Assembly: GCF_938030685.1 (NCBI RefSeq) | Contig: NZ_CALHHX010000168.1 | Location: forward strand, 4,752 to 68,751 | DNA from: an uncultured Campylobacter sp. | GTDB taxonomy: Bacteria; Campylobacterota; Campylobacteria; Campylobacterales; Campylobacteraceae | Direction: 5' to 3' | DNA: 64,000 nt | Shown: positions 29,643 to 40,541 of the stretch, piece by piece | How the letters are laid out: each line of letters opens with the position of its first letter | How positions within the stretch are numbered: the stretch's first letter is position 1 | Notes under the pieces: generated by a model | Told to the model about the DNA's origin: nothing | Database searches by the model: none | What the model saw: the letters and a program-made list of their open reading frames with translations, nothing else | Translations under genes and position numbers: made by a program

Positions 29643-29681
29643 ACCGAGAATTCCGTCCGTGCGGCGGATTTTGCGGTTTTT
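29643..29681 (+). terminator. Probable intrinsic terminator after sstT
   Basis: Imperfect GC-rich hairpin ACCG..TCCGTC/GGCGGA..CGGT followed by a T run. Confidence 0.5.
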
Positions 29682-29737
29682 AAAATTTTACTTATTCTTT
29701 TTTGATAAAATTATCCAAAAATTTTAAAAGGAAAATG

Positions 29738-31648
29738 ATGAATTGGAATTTAGGTGAGCTGTTTGCAAACGAAGCGGAATTTAGCGCCGCGATAGATAGC
29801 GCGGCTGCGCAGGCTCGGGATTTTGAGCTTAAATTTAAAGACGGGTTGCACGCACTTAGCGCGGAGGAATTTTTAGGTGCGCTTGAACTTTATGAAAGCA
29901 TCAGCGAGCAGATCGGAAAGATAATGAGCTTTGCGCATCTAAGATTCGCGCAAGATACGAGCCTTGGGGCGCAGCAGGCCAAGACGGAGCAGGCTTGCAA
30001 CGACATTTCGCAGAGCCTGCTATTTTTCGAGCTCGAGTTTAACGAACTTGACGGCGCAAAACAGGACGAGTTTATCGCAGGGGGCGGGAGATTCAGATAT
30101 TATTTGAGTCTACTTAAGCGGCGCAAGGCCCACCAGCTAAGCTTGCCGCAAGAAAGCGTGCTTTTAAAAACTTCGCCCGTAAGCGGCGAGGCGTTTTCGC
30201 GGCTTTTTGACGAAAGTATGGCGCGGATGAGCTTTGATTTTCGCGGGCGCAAGCTCGGCGAGGAGGAAATTTTAAGTCTGCTTCATAGCCCTGATCGCGA
30301 GGTACGAAAGGACGCCGCAGCCTCGCTAAGCGCGGTGCTGCAGCAGAACTCCCACCTGCTTGGTTACATCTACAATATGATCAAAACCGATCTTAAAATT
30401 CGCTGCGAGCTGCGCGGCTACGATAAAGCCGAGGCGGTGATGCACGAGGAAAATCAGATAAACATCGCAAGCGTCGATGCGCTGATCGCAGAGACGGAGC
30501 GAAGCTTCGCTCTAGTCGGTAAATTTTACGCTAAAAAGCGCGAAATTTTAGGCTACGACGCGCTGTATGATTACGACAGATACGCGCCGCTCGGGGGCGA
30601 TGAGAGCGAGTTTAGCTTCGAGCAGGCTAAGCAGATCGTGCTTGCGGCGTTTGAAAAATTTAGCCCGAAATTTAAGCAGATCGCGCTGATCGCGTTTGAG
30701 CGAAACTGGATCGACGCGATGCCTGCGCAAAATAAGCAAAGCGGCGCGTTTTCGCATTCCGGCTCGCGCGACACGCACCCCTTTGTGCTTTTAAATTTTA
30801 CCCGCAAGCGCCGCGACGTATTTACCCTCGCGCACGAGCTGGGGCACGCGATACATCAGTATCTAAGCTACGGCGTGGGCTATTTTAACTCCTTCACGCC
30901 GCTAACGACGGCTGAGACTGCGTCGGTTTTCTGCGAGATGCTGGTGTTTGATTATATGCGCGAAAATTTTTCAAATTTAAACGGCTTGCTAAATTTTAAA
31001 AGCGCCGCCTCGGACGGCTCGCAAAATTTTAAACGCGACGTTTCGCAAGAGGCTCAGAGCGGTGAAATTCCAAACGAGCGCGCTGCAGAACGCGACGCTT
31101 TGCAAAGCTCTGCGGGTTCGTGCGAATACGCAGAGCGCGATACGGATACGCCCTCGCAGACTGCAAGCGATAAGGCCGCGCTAAGGGCGATGCTTGCGGC
31201 AAAGATCGAAGATATCTTCGCTACGCTTTACCGCCAGATCGGATTTACGACCTTTGAGCGGCGCGTGCATGCAAGCGCGGATGAGCTAAGCGTAGACCGT
31301 ATTAATGAGCTTTGGATGGAGGAGTCGCGCAAGATGTTTGCGGGCGAGCTAATTTTGCAGGATCATTACAAAAGCTGGTGGAGCTACATCCCGCACTTCA
31401 TCCACTCGCCGTTTTACTGCTACTCCTACGCCTACGCGCAGCTTTTGGTACTCGCGCTTTACGGGCTGTATAAGAGCGGCAGGCTCGAAAATTTCGTTCA
31501 AATTTACACCGAGTTTTTAAGCTCGGGCGGTAGCGACGAGCCGCAAAAGCTAGTGGCGAAATTCGGCTTTGATATCAATAAAAGCGAGTTTTGGCGCATC
31601 GGCATAGAGCAGGTCGCGGCGCTTGTAGATGAGTTTGTGAGGGGTTAG
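29738..31648 (+). CDS. pepF: Oligoendopeptidase F (M3B) with a ~60-aa internal insertion
   Basis: TLAHELGHAIH zinc motif, AETASVFCE, WSYIPHF..PFYCYSYA. Confidence 0.93.
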   Translation: MNWNLGELFANEAEFSAAIDSAAAQARDFELKFKDGLHALSAEEFLGALELYESISEQIGKIMSFAHLRFAQDTSLGAQQAKTEQACNDISQSLLFFELEFNELDGAKQDEFIAGGGRFRYYLSLLKRRKAHQLSLPQESVLLKTSPVSGEAFSRLFDESMARMSFDFRGRKLGEEEILSLLHSPDREVRKDAAASLSAVLQQNSHLLGYIYNMIKTDLKIRCELRGYDKAEAVMHEENQINIASVDALIAETERSFALVGKFYAKKREILGYDALYDYDRYAPLGGDESEFSFEQAKQIVLAAFEKFSPKFKQIALIAFERNWIDAMPAQNKQSGAFSHSGSRDTHPFVLLNFTRKRRDVFTLAHELGHAIHQYLSYGVGYFNSFTPLTTAETASVFCEMLVFDYMRENFSNLNGLLNFKSAASDGSQNFKRDVSQEAQSGEIPNERAAERDALQSSAGSCEYAERDTDTPSQTASDKAALRAMLAAKIEDIFATLYRQIGFTTFERRVHASADELSVDRINELWMEESRKMFAGELILQDHYKSWWSYIPHFIHSPFYCYSYAYAQLLVLALYGLYKSGRLENFVQIYTEFLSSGGSDEPQKLVAKFGFDINKSEFWRIGIEQVAALVDEFVRG

Positions 31649-31649
31649 G

Positions 31650-32057
31650 ATGATAGATAAAATTTTAAAAGACGATAAATTTATCGCTGTGAGCAGTGCA
31701 AATATAGGCGCGGTTTTGGACTACGTTTTGGCTCTTGGATATGGATTTGGCATCGTTGCGAGGACGGATCAGATAAAATTTGACCCGCCGCTGCCGGAGG
31801 AAATTTTAAAAAGCTTCAAAATGCCCGCGATCTTTTTGCAGCTGGAGGAATACACCCTTTCTAGCGCGCATCTTAGCAAGGATGAGCTAGTTTTCGAGGC
31901 GGGTTTCGGGCCGCAGGATTTTGCAAGCACGCTTAGCGTGCCGTTTTACGCGGTCTTGCAGATCGTCGTGGACGGCAAGCCCATCGCGGTAAATTTCTCC
32001 CAGCCCGAGTCCGAGTGGCTTAAGCGCGAAAAATCGCGTAAAATTTTCTCAAAATGA
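31650..32057 (+). CDS. Conserved Campylobacter hypothetical protein (Cj1100-like)
   Basis: FDPPLP...YTLSSA...FEAGFG motif; position between pepF and the helicase. Confidence 0.8.
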   Translation: MIDKILKDDKFIAVSSANIGAVLDYVLALGYGFGIVARTDQIKFDPPLPEEILKSFKMPAIFLQLEEYTLSSAHLSKDELVFEAGFGPQDFASTLSVPFYAVLQIVVDGKPIAVNFSQPESEWLKREKSRKIFSK

Positions 32058-34114
32058 GCGATATTTTAGAAGGTCTTAATCCCGCTCAACGCGAGGCTGC
32101 GAGCCACGTGGACGGAGCGATGTTAATCTTAGCGGGTGCGGGTAGCGGCAAAACCAAAACGATCACCGCGCGCCTTGCCTACTTGCTCGCAAACGGCGTG
32201 CCTGCGGAAAATACTCTCACGCTTACGTTTACGAATAAAGCCGCCGCCGAGATGCGCTCGCGAGCGCTTAATCTGATAAGCGGGCTAAATTTAAGTAGCG
32301 TGCCGCTTTTGTGCACTTTCCATAAATTTGGACTTCTGTTTTTGAAATTTCATATTAGCGAGCTTGGGCGCAGCGCAAACTTCCAAGTGATCGATACCGA
32401 CGATAAGAAAAAGATCATCAAGGGCTTTGAGATAAATTTGCCCACGTCGCTATTGTCGGCCAAAATTTCAACCTATAAAAATTCCTTGATTGATCTCAAA
32501 GATATCGACGAGCTTTTGAAGGGCGAGGACGATGAGCTAAGCAGGATGTATAGTGGATTTTACGCGCACTGCGCTAGAGCATACAAGCGCTACGAGGCGT
32601 ATTTGGCGGCGAATAATCTGGTGGATTTCGACGATCTGCTAATTTTACCGTATAAAATTTTAAGCGCGAATGAGCGGCTATGCGATGAAATTTCGCGCCG
32701 TTACGCCTACATCACGGTCGATGAGTATCAGGACACCAACGACATTCAATTCAAACTGCTACAAAAGCTCTGCACCGCGCACGAAAACCTCGCGGTAGTG
32801 GGCGATGACGATCAGAGTATCTACGGTTGGCGCGGCGCGCGGATAGAAAATATTCTAAATTTTAAAGATCAGTTCTCAAACGTAAAATTTATCAAACTCG
32901 AGCAGAATTACCGCTCTACGGACGAAATTTTAAATGCCGCCAACGAGCTCATTTCGCATAACAAAAACCGCCTCGGCAAGAGCCTTACTAGCATGAACGG
33001 CGGCGGCGAAAAGATCGAAATTTTGCGTTCAGACGAAGAGAGTATCGAAGCGGCAAAGATCGCAGAAGCTATCAAAAAGCTGCTTTCAAGCGGCGTAGTG
33101 CCCTCTCAAATCGCCGTGCTTTACCGCGTAAACGCTCTTTCGCGCGCACTGGAAGAGGGGCTGAATCGCGCCAAAATCCCGTACAAAATGGTAGGCGGCG
33201 TAAAATTTTACGAGCGCGCCGAGATCAAGGATACGATCGCATATCTGCGCTTGGTAAATGACGAGCACGACGACTTTTCGATGAGGCGGATCATAAACGT
33301 GCCCAAGCGCGGCATCGGCAAGGTCTCGCTGGCAAAGCTCGAGGAGCTTTCGCGCCTGCGACTTATCAGCCTATTTGACGCTTTTAGCGAGCCGGACGCG
33401 GGGCTTAGCGCCAAGGCGGCTCAGGCTCTAGCGGAGCTTAAAAGCGGCATCGCTTCTATCTCAGCGCTAGCGGATACGATCAAAAAAATAGACGCGCTGG
33501 AGCCCGCTTTCGGGTTAAAGGCCTACTACGCCTCGCTTCCGGACGGCGCCGACCGCGTAGCGAACATCGACGAGTTTTTGGCGATGCTGAAGGACGAGGC
33601 GAGCAATAAACCCGATTTTGATCTGGCGGAATTTTTAAACGAGCTGAGCCTTCTTAGCGATCAAGACGCTATCATGGGCGATGCGATAAATATAATGAGC
33701 GTGCACGCGAGCAAAGGGCTTGAGTTTTCGCACCTTTTCGTAATCGGACTGGAGGAGGGCTTTTTCCCGCTTTTGGGCGACAGCAATGACATCGAGGAGG
33801 AGCGTAGGCTCGCATACGTAGCGATTACGCGCGCCAAACGCACTCTCACGCTTAGCTTTGCCGCTAGCCGCTTTTATCGCGGCAAGCGCGAGAGGCTCGA
33901 TGCTAGCAGGTTTATAGCCGAGGCAGGTTTGGTAGCTAAAGAGCCGCCGCGCGAGCAAAGCAGCGGCTTTAGCAAGGGCGAGCTGATCAAACACAAGCTA
34001 TTTGGGATCGGACAGATCACGGCGGTAAACGGCGATCGGCTCACTATAAATTTTGGTGGAATTTCGCGCGTGATAATGTCGAATTTCGTAGAAAAGATCG
34101 GCTTTTATGAATAG
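32054..34114 (+). CDS. uvrD: UvrD/Rep/PcrA ATP-dependent DNA helicase
   Basis: AGAGSGKT, TFTNKAA, VDEYQDTN, VGDDDQSIYGWRGA, LEQNYRS, EEERRLAYVAITRAK. Confidence 0.95.
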   Translation: MSDILEGLNPAQREAASHVDGAMLILAGAGSGKTKTITARLAYLLANGVPAENTLTLTFTNKAAAEMRSRALNLISGLNLSSVPLLCTFHKFGLLFLKFHISELGRSANFQVIDTDDKKKIIKGFEINLPTSLLSAKISTYKNSLIDLKDIDELLKGEDDELSRMYSGFYAHCARAYKRYEAYLAANNLVDFDDLLILPYKILSANERLCDEISRRYAYITVDEYQDTNDIQFKLLQKLCTAHENLAVVGDDDQSIYGWRGARIENILNFKDQFSNVKFIKLEQNYRSTDEILNAANELISHNKNRLGKSLTSMNGGGEKIEILRSDEESIEAAKIAEAIKKLLSSGVVPSQIAVLYRVNALSRALEEGLNRAKIPYKMVGGVKFYERAEIKDTIAYLRLVNDEHDDFSMRRIINVPKRGIGKVSLAKLEELSRLRLISLFDAFSEPDAGLSAKAAQALAELKSGIASISALADTIKKIDALEPAFGLKAYYASLPDGADRVANIDEFLAMLKDEASNKPDFDLAEFLNELSLLSDQDAIMGDAINIMSVHASKGLEFSHLFVIGLEEGFFPLLGDSNDIEEERRLAYVAITRAKRTLTLSFAASRFYRGKRERLDASRFIAEAGLVAKEPPREQSSGFSKGELIKHKLFGIGQITAVNGDRLTINFGGISRVIMSNFVEKIGFYE

Positions 34115-34955
34115 ATTGTTTTTGGCGGACAAGCCCGCGGGCATCGGCAGTAATAAATTTTTAAGCACTCTTAAGCGCAAATACGGCGTGAAAAAGGCTG
34201 GCTTTAGCGGCACGCTCGATCCTTTCGCGAGCGGCGCGCTGATCGTCGCGTTCGGGCAATACGCGCGCTTTTTTAGATTTTTAAAAAAGGAGCCAAAAGT
34301 TTACGCCGCGACGCTGTGGCTGGGCGCACAAAGCCCAAGCGGCGATAATGAAAACATCGAGCGCGTAGAGCAAATCCCGCCGCTTTCGCGCGAGGTTTTA
34401 GACGCCGCGATGACGCAAATGCGCGGCGAGATAAAATTTATCCCGCCCGCTTTCAGCGCTAAGAAAATTGACGGCGTGCGCGCATACAAGCTCGCTCGCG
34501 CGGGCGAAGAGGTGAGCTTGAAAGAGAGCTCGATGCGGGTTTTTGATGCTGAAATTTTAAGTTATGCTCATCCCTTCGTAAGCTTTCGCGTAGCACTCAG
34601 CGAGGGCGGCTACGTGCGCTCTTTCGCGCAAATTTTAGCAGAAAAGCTAGGCGCCACGGGCACGCTAAGCGCGCTTAGACGAGAAAGCGAGGGGGCTTTT
34701 GATTTGAAAGATCCGCGCTTTGCGGACGAGGCGGCGCTAAATCCGCTCGAGTTTTTGGATCTTAAGCCGAACTTTTACGACGGCGATGCGCGCGACGTGA
34801 TCTTGGGCAAGAAGCTCGCCGCAAAGGATCTGGCGAGCCACGCAGACGGCCGCTACCTGCTTATCTGCGGCGATTTTTACTCGATCATCGAGATCGACGC
34901 GGGCGAGGTGCGCTATCTTTGGAATGATGTCCCGATCGCAGGCGGCGCGTTTTAA
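34107..34955 (+). CDS. truB: tRNA pseudouridine(55) synthase
   Basis: KAGFSGTLDPFASG, PPAFSAKKIDGVRAYKLAR. Confidence 0.95.
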   Translation: MNRLFLADKPAGIGSNKFLSTLKRKYGVKKAGFSGTLDPFASGALIVAFGQYARFFRFLKKEPKVYAATLWLGAQSPSGDNENIERVEQIPPLSREVLDAAMTQMRGEIKFIPPAFSAKKIDGVRAYKLARAGEEVSLKESSMRVFDAEILSYAHPFVSFRVALSEGGYVRSFAQILAEKLGATGTLSALRRESEGAFDLKDPRFADEAALNPLEFLDLKPNFYDGDARDVILGKKLAAKDLASHADGRYLLICGDFYSIIEIDAGEVRYLWNDVPIAGGAF

Positions 34956-35761
34956 GCCGAGGCTCCAGCCTGCGGCGGAATTTTGATCGGGCGGTTCGAG
35001 CTTGAATTTCGACGATCATAAATACGGCGCGTTTTAAATTTGCTCGTATAGCGCGCCGCCATGTGCGGTTAAATTTTATCGTGCGGAGCAGCGGGCGAGC
35101 GATCGCTCTTTCGTTGCGCACGGATCGCAAAATCGGCATCGGGCGGAGTAAATTTAAAATTTAAACATGCGGCTTCTTGGGCGGCGCTCGCTCGCAAAAG
35201 CAATAAATCCGCGGGCTAAATTTAAACGCGGCGAAGCGGCGTTTAAATTTGCTTGTGCCGCGCGATGGCGATGCGCCGCGAGATTAAAATTTGACGATTT
35301 AAAAAGCGCGTAGGTTGGAGCTTAGTGCCGCAGCAAGCGGTCTTTGCCGAATAAAATTCTAGCTTGCGTCGGTGCGTAGTATGCACCGATGGATTTGATT
35401 TTGCGGCGGGCGGCGTATCGCCAAGCTAAATTTGCGACTTAGCGCAGCGCGGTTAGAATTTTTCCGGCTTGGAATTTTAATCGCTAATATAGATTTGCGT
35501 CGCGGGTTGAAATTTAGCCGCGTGCGTTGTGGATTAAAATTTCGCGCTTTATAAAATTTACGTATTGGGCGTCGCGATCGTGGGTTAAATTTCGCGGCGC
35601 GCACTTCACGGCACGCGGTTTTGAATTTTGATCGCACTGGACGGGGCGCGCCGCAGGTTGAAATTTAATTCGCGCACGGATTGAAATTTTAATCGCACTA
35701 GATGAGCTTGCCGTGAGCCAAATTTAACGCAAGCGCACCAAAGCGCAGAAGGAGTAAAATT
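34956..35761. repeat. ~800-bp RAATTY-studded spacer at the position normally held by csrA
   Basis: AAATTT/GAATTT every ~20-40 bp between GC-rich linkers; hairpin 35218..35250; no credible ORF. Confidence 0.7.
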
Positions 35762-36505
35762 TTGAAAACTTATGCAAAGATCAATGTTTTTTTAAAAGTC
35801 GTCGGCACGCGCAGCGGTTACCACGAGATCGCTTCGCGCTTCGTGCTGCGCAGGGAGCTTTTTGATGAGATAAGTTTCGAGCGCGCGAGCGGCTTTGCGC
35901 TTGAATGCGGCGCCGCACAGATCGCGGATAACATAATTTTAAAAGCCAAGACGGCGCTCGAGCAGGCAGGCTTTGCACGCGAGCTTGCGGAGTTTTTCGG
36001 CTCGCACAAGATCGTGCTTAAAAAGCATATTCCGATCGGCGCGGGTCTTGGTGGCGGCAGTAGCGATGCGGCGGCGTTTTTGCGGCTTGCGAACGAGGAA
36101 TTAGGCTTAAAAATTTCGCGCGAGCGGCTCATCGCGATCGCGCAAAATATCGGCGCAGACGTCGCGTTTTTTGTTAGCGGGCTTGAGGCCGCAAACGTGC
36201 GCGGTATCGGCGAGATCATCGAGCCTTTCGAGGACCTCTTGCCCGCGATCGAAATTTTAACGCCCGCGATCTTTTGCTCTACCGGCGCGGTTTATAACGA
36301 GTTTCGCGCAAGCTTTATGCAAAATATAAACGCCGCGCAGGCGCAAGAGATGTTGCGTTTAAGCAGCGAGCAGCTGCTAGCGCGATACGACGGCCCCCGG
36401 CTAAACGATCTTTTCGCGCCGTGCATAAAGCTATATCCGCAGATGAGCAAGTATCGCGATATGTTTTTAAGCGGCAGCGGCAGTAGCGTGTTTTTCTTAA
36501 AATAA
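35762..36505 (+). CDS. ispE: 4-diphosphocytidyl-2-C-methyl-D-erythritol kinase
   Basis: AKINVFL, IPIGAGLGGGSSDAA, GADVAFF, LSGSGSSVF; TTG start after AAGGAG. Confidence 0.95.
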   Translation: MKTYAKINVFLKVVGTRSGYHEIASRFVLRRELFDEISFERASGFALECGAAQIADNIILKAKTALEQAGFARELAEFFGSHKIVLKKHIPIGAGLGGGSSDAAAFLRLANEELGLKISRERLIAIAQNIGADVAFFVSGLEAANVRGIGEIIEPFEDLLPAIEILTPAIFCSTGAVYNEFRASFMQNINAAQAQEMLRLSSEQLLARYDGPRLNDLFAPCIKLYPQMSKYRDMFLSGSGSSVFFLK

Positions 36506-36630
36506 GAATTCCAAGGCGCGCAGTTAAAATTTAAAAGCTAAATTTAAAGATAAAATTTAAAATTCGCTCGCCCACTTTTAAATTTAAGCAAAAACGGGCT
36601 AAGCTTAGGACCAAATTTAGAAGGAAAAAG

Positions 36631-37095
36631 ATGAAAGAACTGAGTAAAAATCGCAAGGCATTTCACGATTTTACGATACTTGAAAGCTTTGAAGCGGGCA
36701 TCGTGCTAAAGGGCAGCGAGGTCAAAGCTCTGCGCGCGGGCAGGGGCAATCTCAAAGATAGCTTTTGTCGCGTGATCCGCGGCGAGCTGTTTTTGCTAAA
36801 CGCCCATATCAGCTATCTTGAAAGCACAAACGCCCATTTTCGTCCAGACGAGGGGGCGGCGCGAAAGCTTTTAATGCATCGTAAGCAGATCGATAAGCTT
36901 TTAGGCGCGGTTAGCAAAGAGGGCCTTACCATCGTAGTTTTGTCGCTGTATCTGAATGATAAAAACCGCGTAAAGGCGCGTATCGCTTTGGCAAAAGGCA
37001 AAAATCTGCACGACAAGCGCGAATCGCTAAAGCGCAAGGAAGCCGACCGCGAAGCGCAAAGCGCGATGAAGCGATACGACAAGCATTCATTTTAA
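36631..37095 (+). CDS. smpB: SsrA-binding protein
   Basis: [42 protein letters not shown]. Confidence 0.97.
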   Translation: MKELSKNRKAFHDFTILESFEAGIVLKGSEVKALRAGRGNLKDSFCRVIRGELFLLNAHISYLESTNAHFRPDEGAARKLLMHRKQIDKLLGAVSKEGLTIVVLSLYLNDKNRVKARIALAKGKNLHDKRESLKRKEADREAQSAMKRYDKHSF

Positions 37096-37150
37096 ATTCA
37101 CAAAACTTTGGTTAAAATGCGGGCTTAAATTTAAACTCCAAGGAAATGCA

Positions 37151-37849
37151 ATGAAGAAATTTTTACTATTATGTTTGGCGATTTTTGTTTTAAGCGGCTG
37201 CGGAGATGATTCGCAGAAAAAGACGGGCTCTGCGGGCGAGAATTCCGCCGCGAGCGAGAATCAGATGGCAAAAAATTCCGCTCAAGATAAAAATGGCGAG
37301 CGTATTGGCGGCGAGAGCGGCGAGGAGGTAGCTTTTACGCCGTTTAAAACGGGAGAGCGCCTTACGCTTAAAAGCGTCGTAGGCGGCGAGGTAACGATCG
37401 AGCGGACAGAAAAGGGCTTTAAGCTCGCGGACAGCGATAAAATTTTAATGTTTGATATTTTTGGTACATACTGTCAGCCGTGCCGCATCGAAGCGCCGCA
37501 TCTGATGGACTTTCAGCTAAAAAATTCCGCGGATTTTCTAATGGTCGGCTTGATTTATTTTGAGGACATTACCGATGCGCAGGTGATCGAAAATTTTACG
37601 AAAAAGTTCAACGCATATTATTTCATCGCCAACTCCAAACAAAACGAGCGCATAGTGGGTCAAATTTTAAGCGACATCGGTTATCGTCATGCGCTTTCGA
37701 TCCCTTTTAAAGTGGTGCTTAAAGACGGAAAATATCAAAGACTTACCGACATTAATGAAGGCGATGAGCGGGGCAAGCCGTATTACTTAGGTATGGTCGA
37801 TACCGATGTGATAAAAAGCGATATCGCCAGGATAAAAAATGGCAACTAA
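37151..37849 (+). CDS. TlpA-like thioredoxin-fold lipoprotein
   Basis: Lipobox LSGC, FGTYCQPCRIE (CxxC). Confidence 0.85.
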   Translation: MKKFLLLCLAIFVLSGCGDDSQKKTGSAGENSAASENQMAKNSAQDKNGERIGGESGEEVAFTPFKTGERLTLKSVVGGEVTIERTEKGFKLADSDKILMFDIFGTYCQPCRIEAPHLMDFQLKNSADFLMVGLIYFEDITDAQVIENFTKKFNAYYFIANSKQNERIVGQILSDIGYRHALSIPFKVVLKDGKYQRLTDINEGDERGKPYYLGMVDTDVIKSDIARIKNGN

Positions 37850-38144
37850 AACCGGTGTGCAGATTCACACTCGCGCCAAAACAAAATCTTTCGTGCCTCG
37901 TCCGTATAAAGTAATTTTGCTAAACGACGACGTGACGACGATGGATTTCGTGGTTTATATTTTAATGGAGATTTTCGCCAAAAACTTTAACGACGCCGTA
38001 GATTTAATGATGAAAGTTCATAGGCAGGGTCGCGCGGTTTGCGGCGCGTATCCTAAAGAGATAGCCGAGTGCAAGCAACAAGCGGTTTTACAAGCGGCAA
38101 AGGCCGCAGGATTCCCTCTTAGATGTGAGATCGAAGAGGATTAA
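37839..38144 (+). CDS. clpS: ClpA adaptor ClpS
   Basis: YKVILLNDDVTTMDFVV, VHRQGRAVCG, GFPL. Confidence 0.96.
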   Translation: MATKTGVQIHTRAKTKSFVPRPYKVILLNDDVTTMDFVVYILMEIFAKNFNDAVDLMMKVHRQGRAVCGAYPKEIAECKQQAVLQAAKAAGFPLRCEIEED

Positions 38145-38159
38145 ATTTAAAGGAAAGCA

Positions 38160-40541
38160 ATGATAGGATTTTTTTTAAACAAACATTTTGAACAAGCAAT
38201 CAGCGTTGCAAACGACGGCGAGGACGAATACATCACTACTTCGCACGTAGTTTATGCGATTTTTAAATACAATAAGCCCTTCCATGGGCTCATCGCCAAA
38301 GAAATTCCGGATATTAACTATCTAAATATCTTGGATAATCTGGGCGGGCTTTTGGATATGATGCCTAAATCAAGCGGTAAGGATCCGGCGCAGACGATAG
38401 AATTTAAGCAGTTCTATACTGAATTAAATAATGCCAAAGAGCCTAAAAACGAGCTTGATTTTATGCTTAAAATTTTAAATGATAAGGAAAACGACTGCAC
38501 TAAAATTTTAAATCACTACGGTATCAATGCCGCGATTTTTGAGCTCATTGTGCGAAAGTACAAATCCGCTTTCGATCACCGTGATGAGGTCGTTTCTCGC
38601 GACGAAGCCGCAGCGATTAAGCTAAACTCATACGATATCGATGATATCACGCATGCGATGAATTATGACGAAAGCCGCAGGCAGTGGCAGAATACGGAAT
38701 TTGAGCCTGCGTTTGAGGGCGAAAAGGACGCCATAAACGAGCGCGATATTAAAAAGGATTCGCCTAGTTCACTTTATACAGCAAACCTCAATAAAATCGC
38801 GCTTGAGGGTAAGATCGATCCACTCATCGGACGCGAAAAAGAGATCGAAAAGACGCTACAAACCCTCTGTCGCCGTAAGAAAAACAATCCTATCTTAGTG
38901 GGCGAAGCAGGAGTTGGTAAAACCGCGATCATCGAGGGTATCGCGCTAAAAATCGTCCGCGGCGAAGTGCCAGAAAAGCTAAAAAACAAGGTGATTTACG
39001 CCCTTGATGCTGGCTCGCTGATCGCAGGCACTACGTTGCGCGGGGAGTTTGAGGAGAGGCTAAAGGATCTCATAGACGAGTTTAGCGCCAATCAAAATGC
39101 GATTTTATTTATCGATGAAATTCACACGATCGTTGGCGCAGGTACGGGCAATCGCAACGAACTTGATATGTCAAACATCCTAAAACCTTCGCTTGCAAGC
39201 GGCGAGCTATCGGTCATCGGCGCTACTACATACGGCGAATACCGCTCGTTTTCGCAGGATAAAGCGCTTAGCCGCAGGTTTTGCAAGATCGATGTAAGCG
39301 AGCCTAGCATTGACGATAGCGTCGAAATTTTAAAAGGCGTAGCCAAAAAATATGAGGAATTTCACGGCGTAAAATTTAGCGACGAAATTTTGCGTGATAG
39401 CGTAACGCTTGCTAAAAAATATCAAAGCGATAAATTTCTTCCCGATAGTGCCATTGATCTCATCGACGAGGTGGGCGCGAGCTTTGCGTTTAAGCCGCAC
39501 GAAGCTCCGCTTGAAATCAGTAAGGATGATTTAGTAAATACACTTTCGATTAGCGCGAATATCGCAAATTTAAGCAGTAGCGTCGATAATAAACAGGTAC
39601 TAAAAAATCTGGAAGCCAATATCAAGCGTGAAATTTTCGGTCAAGATGAGGCGGTTAGCAGCCTTTGCAAGGCGCTTTTGCGCTCTTACGCCGGGCTTGG
39701 AGGCGCAAGCTCCCCAATCGGCGTATTTTTATTTGCAGGTAGCAGCGGTGTGGGCAAAAGTGAGCTAGCCAAGGTCTTAGCCGCGCAGCTTGGAGTGCAT
39801 TTTGAGCGCTACGATATGAGTGAATATATGGAAGCTCACAGCGTCTCTAGGCTCATCGGAGCACCTCCTGGATACGTGGGCTTTGAAAATGGCGGAATTT
39901 TAACGAATAACATTAAAAAGCACCCCTACAGCGTCATTTTATTTGATGAGGTAGAAAAAGCTCATCCTAGCATGACGAATATTTTTTTAGGAATTTTCGA
40001 TAACGCAAGTCTTACCGATAACAACGGCGTTACGACCGATTTTAAAAATACGATCATAATAATGACGTCGAATTTAGGCACGAAAGAAGCGCCGCAAGTT
40101 GGATTTACGAAGGACGAGAGCTATAAAGTAGATAGTGCCATAAAAAGCTTTTTTGCGCCAGAATTTCGCAATCGTATCGATAAAATCATAAATTTCAACC
40201 GCTTAAGCGGCGAAATTTTAGAAAAGATCGTGGATAAAACTATCGGTGAGCTGGAGTCGCAGCTAAAAAACGTAAAGATTAGCCTAAGCAAGGAAGCAAA
40301 AGATTTGATTATCTCGCGCGGCTATTCGGACGAGTTTGGAGCGCGAAATTTAAAGCGCGAGATCAGCTCTCAGATCAGCGATCATATAAGCGGCGAGCTG
40401 CTTTTTGGCGCGCTGCAAGAGGGCGGCTTAGTTAGCGTGAGCGTAAAAGATGGCGAGCTAAGCTTTAGCTTTACTTCTACGCCTTTGCCGCAGATAGAAA
40501 AAAAGCAACCCGCACTAGCTCAAAGCAGTGTCGTTAAATAA
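38160..40541 (+). CDS. clpA: ATP-dependent Clp protease ATP-binding subunit ClpA
   Basis: Two AAA modules GEAGVGKT and [29 protein letters not shown]; between clpS and aat. Confidence 0.93.
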   Translation: MIGFFLNKHFEQAISVANDGEDEYITTSHVVYAIFKYNKPFHGLIAKEIPDINYLNILDNLGGLLDMMPKSSGKDPAQTIEFKQFYTELNNAKEPKNELDFMLKILNDKENDCTKILNHYGINAAIFELIVRKYKSAFDHRDEVVSRDEAAAIKLNSYDIDDITHAMNYDESRRQWQNTEFEPAFEGEKDAINERDIKKDSPSSLYTANLNKIALEGKIDPLIGREKEIEKTLQTLCRRKKNNPILVGEAGVGKTAIIEGIALKIVRGEVPEKLKNKVIYALDAGSLIAGTTLRGEFEERLKDLIDEFSANQNAILFIDEIHTIVGAGTGNRNELDMSNILKPSLASGELSVIGATTYGEYRSFSQDKALSRRFCKIDVSEPSIDDSVEILKGVAKKYEEFHGVKFSDEILRDSVTLAKKYQSDKFLPDSAIDLIDEVGASFAFKPHEAPLEISKDDLVNTLSISANIANLSSSVDNKQVLKNLEANIKREIFGQDEAVSSLCKALLRSYAGLGGASSPIGVFLFAGSSGVGKSELAKVLAAQLGVHFERYDMSEYMEAHSVSRLIGAPPGYVGFENGGILTNNIKKHPYSVILFDEVEKAHPSMTNIFLGIFDNASLTDNNGVTTDFKNTIIIMTSNLGTKEAPQVGFTKDESYKVDSAIKSFFAPEFRNRIDKIINFNRLSGEILEKIVDKTIGELESQLKNVKISLSKEAKDLIISRGYSDEFGARNLKREISSQISDHISGELLFGALQEGGLVSVSVKDGELSFSFTSTPLPQIEKKQPALAQSSVVK

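Noticed and set aside
30964..31175. Inteins as explanation for the PepF, YeaK and HemH insertions
   Set aside because: Too short, no N-terminal C/S block and no C-terminal HN-C/S/T motif
34885..35637. Minus-strand ORFs 34885..35139 and 35359..35637
   Set aside because: KF/NF/RR-rich products typical of translated RAATTY spacer; no similarity to CsrA
34956..35761. Possible CRISPR array (short motif alternating with unique sequence), also considered at 23004-23313 and 43108-43460
   Set aside because: The conserved part is only 6-14 bp, spacing is irregular and no cas genes are present
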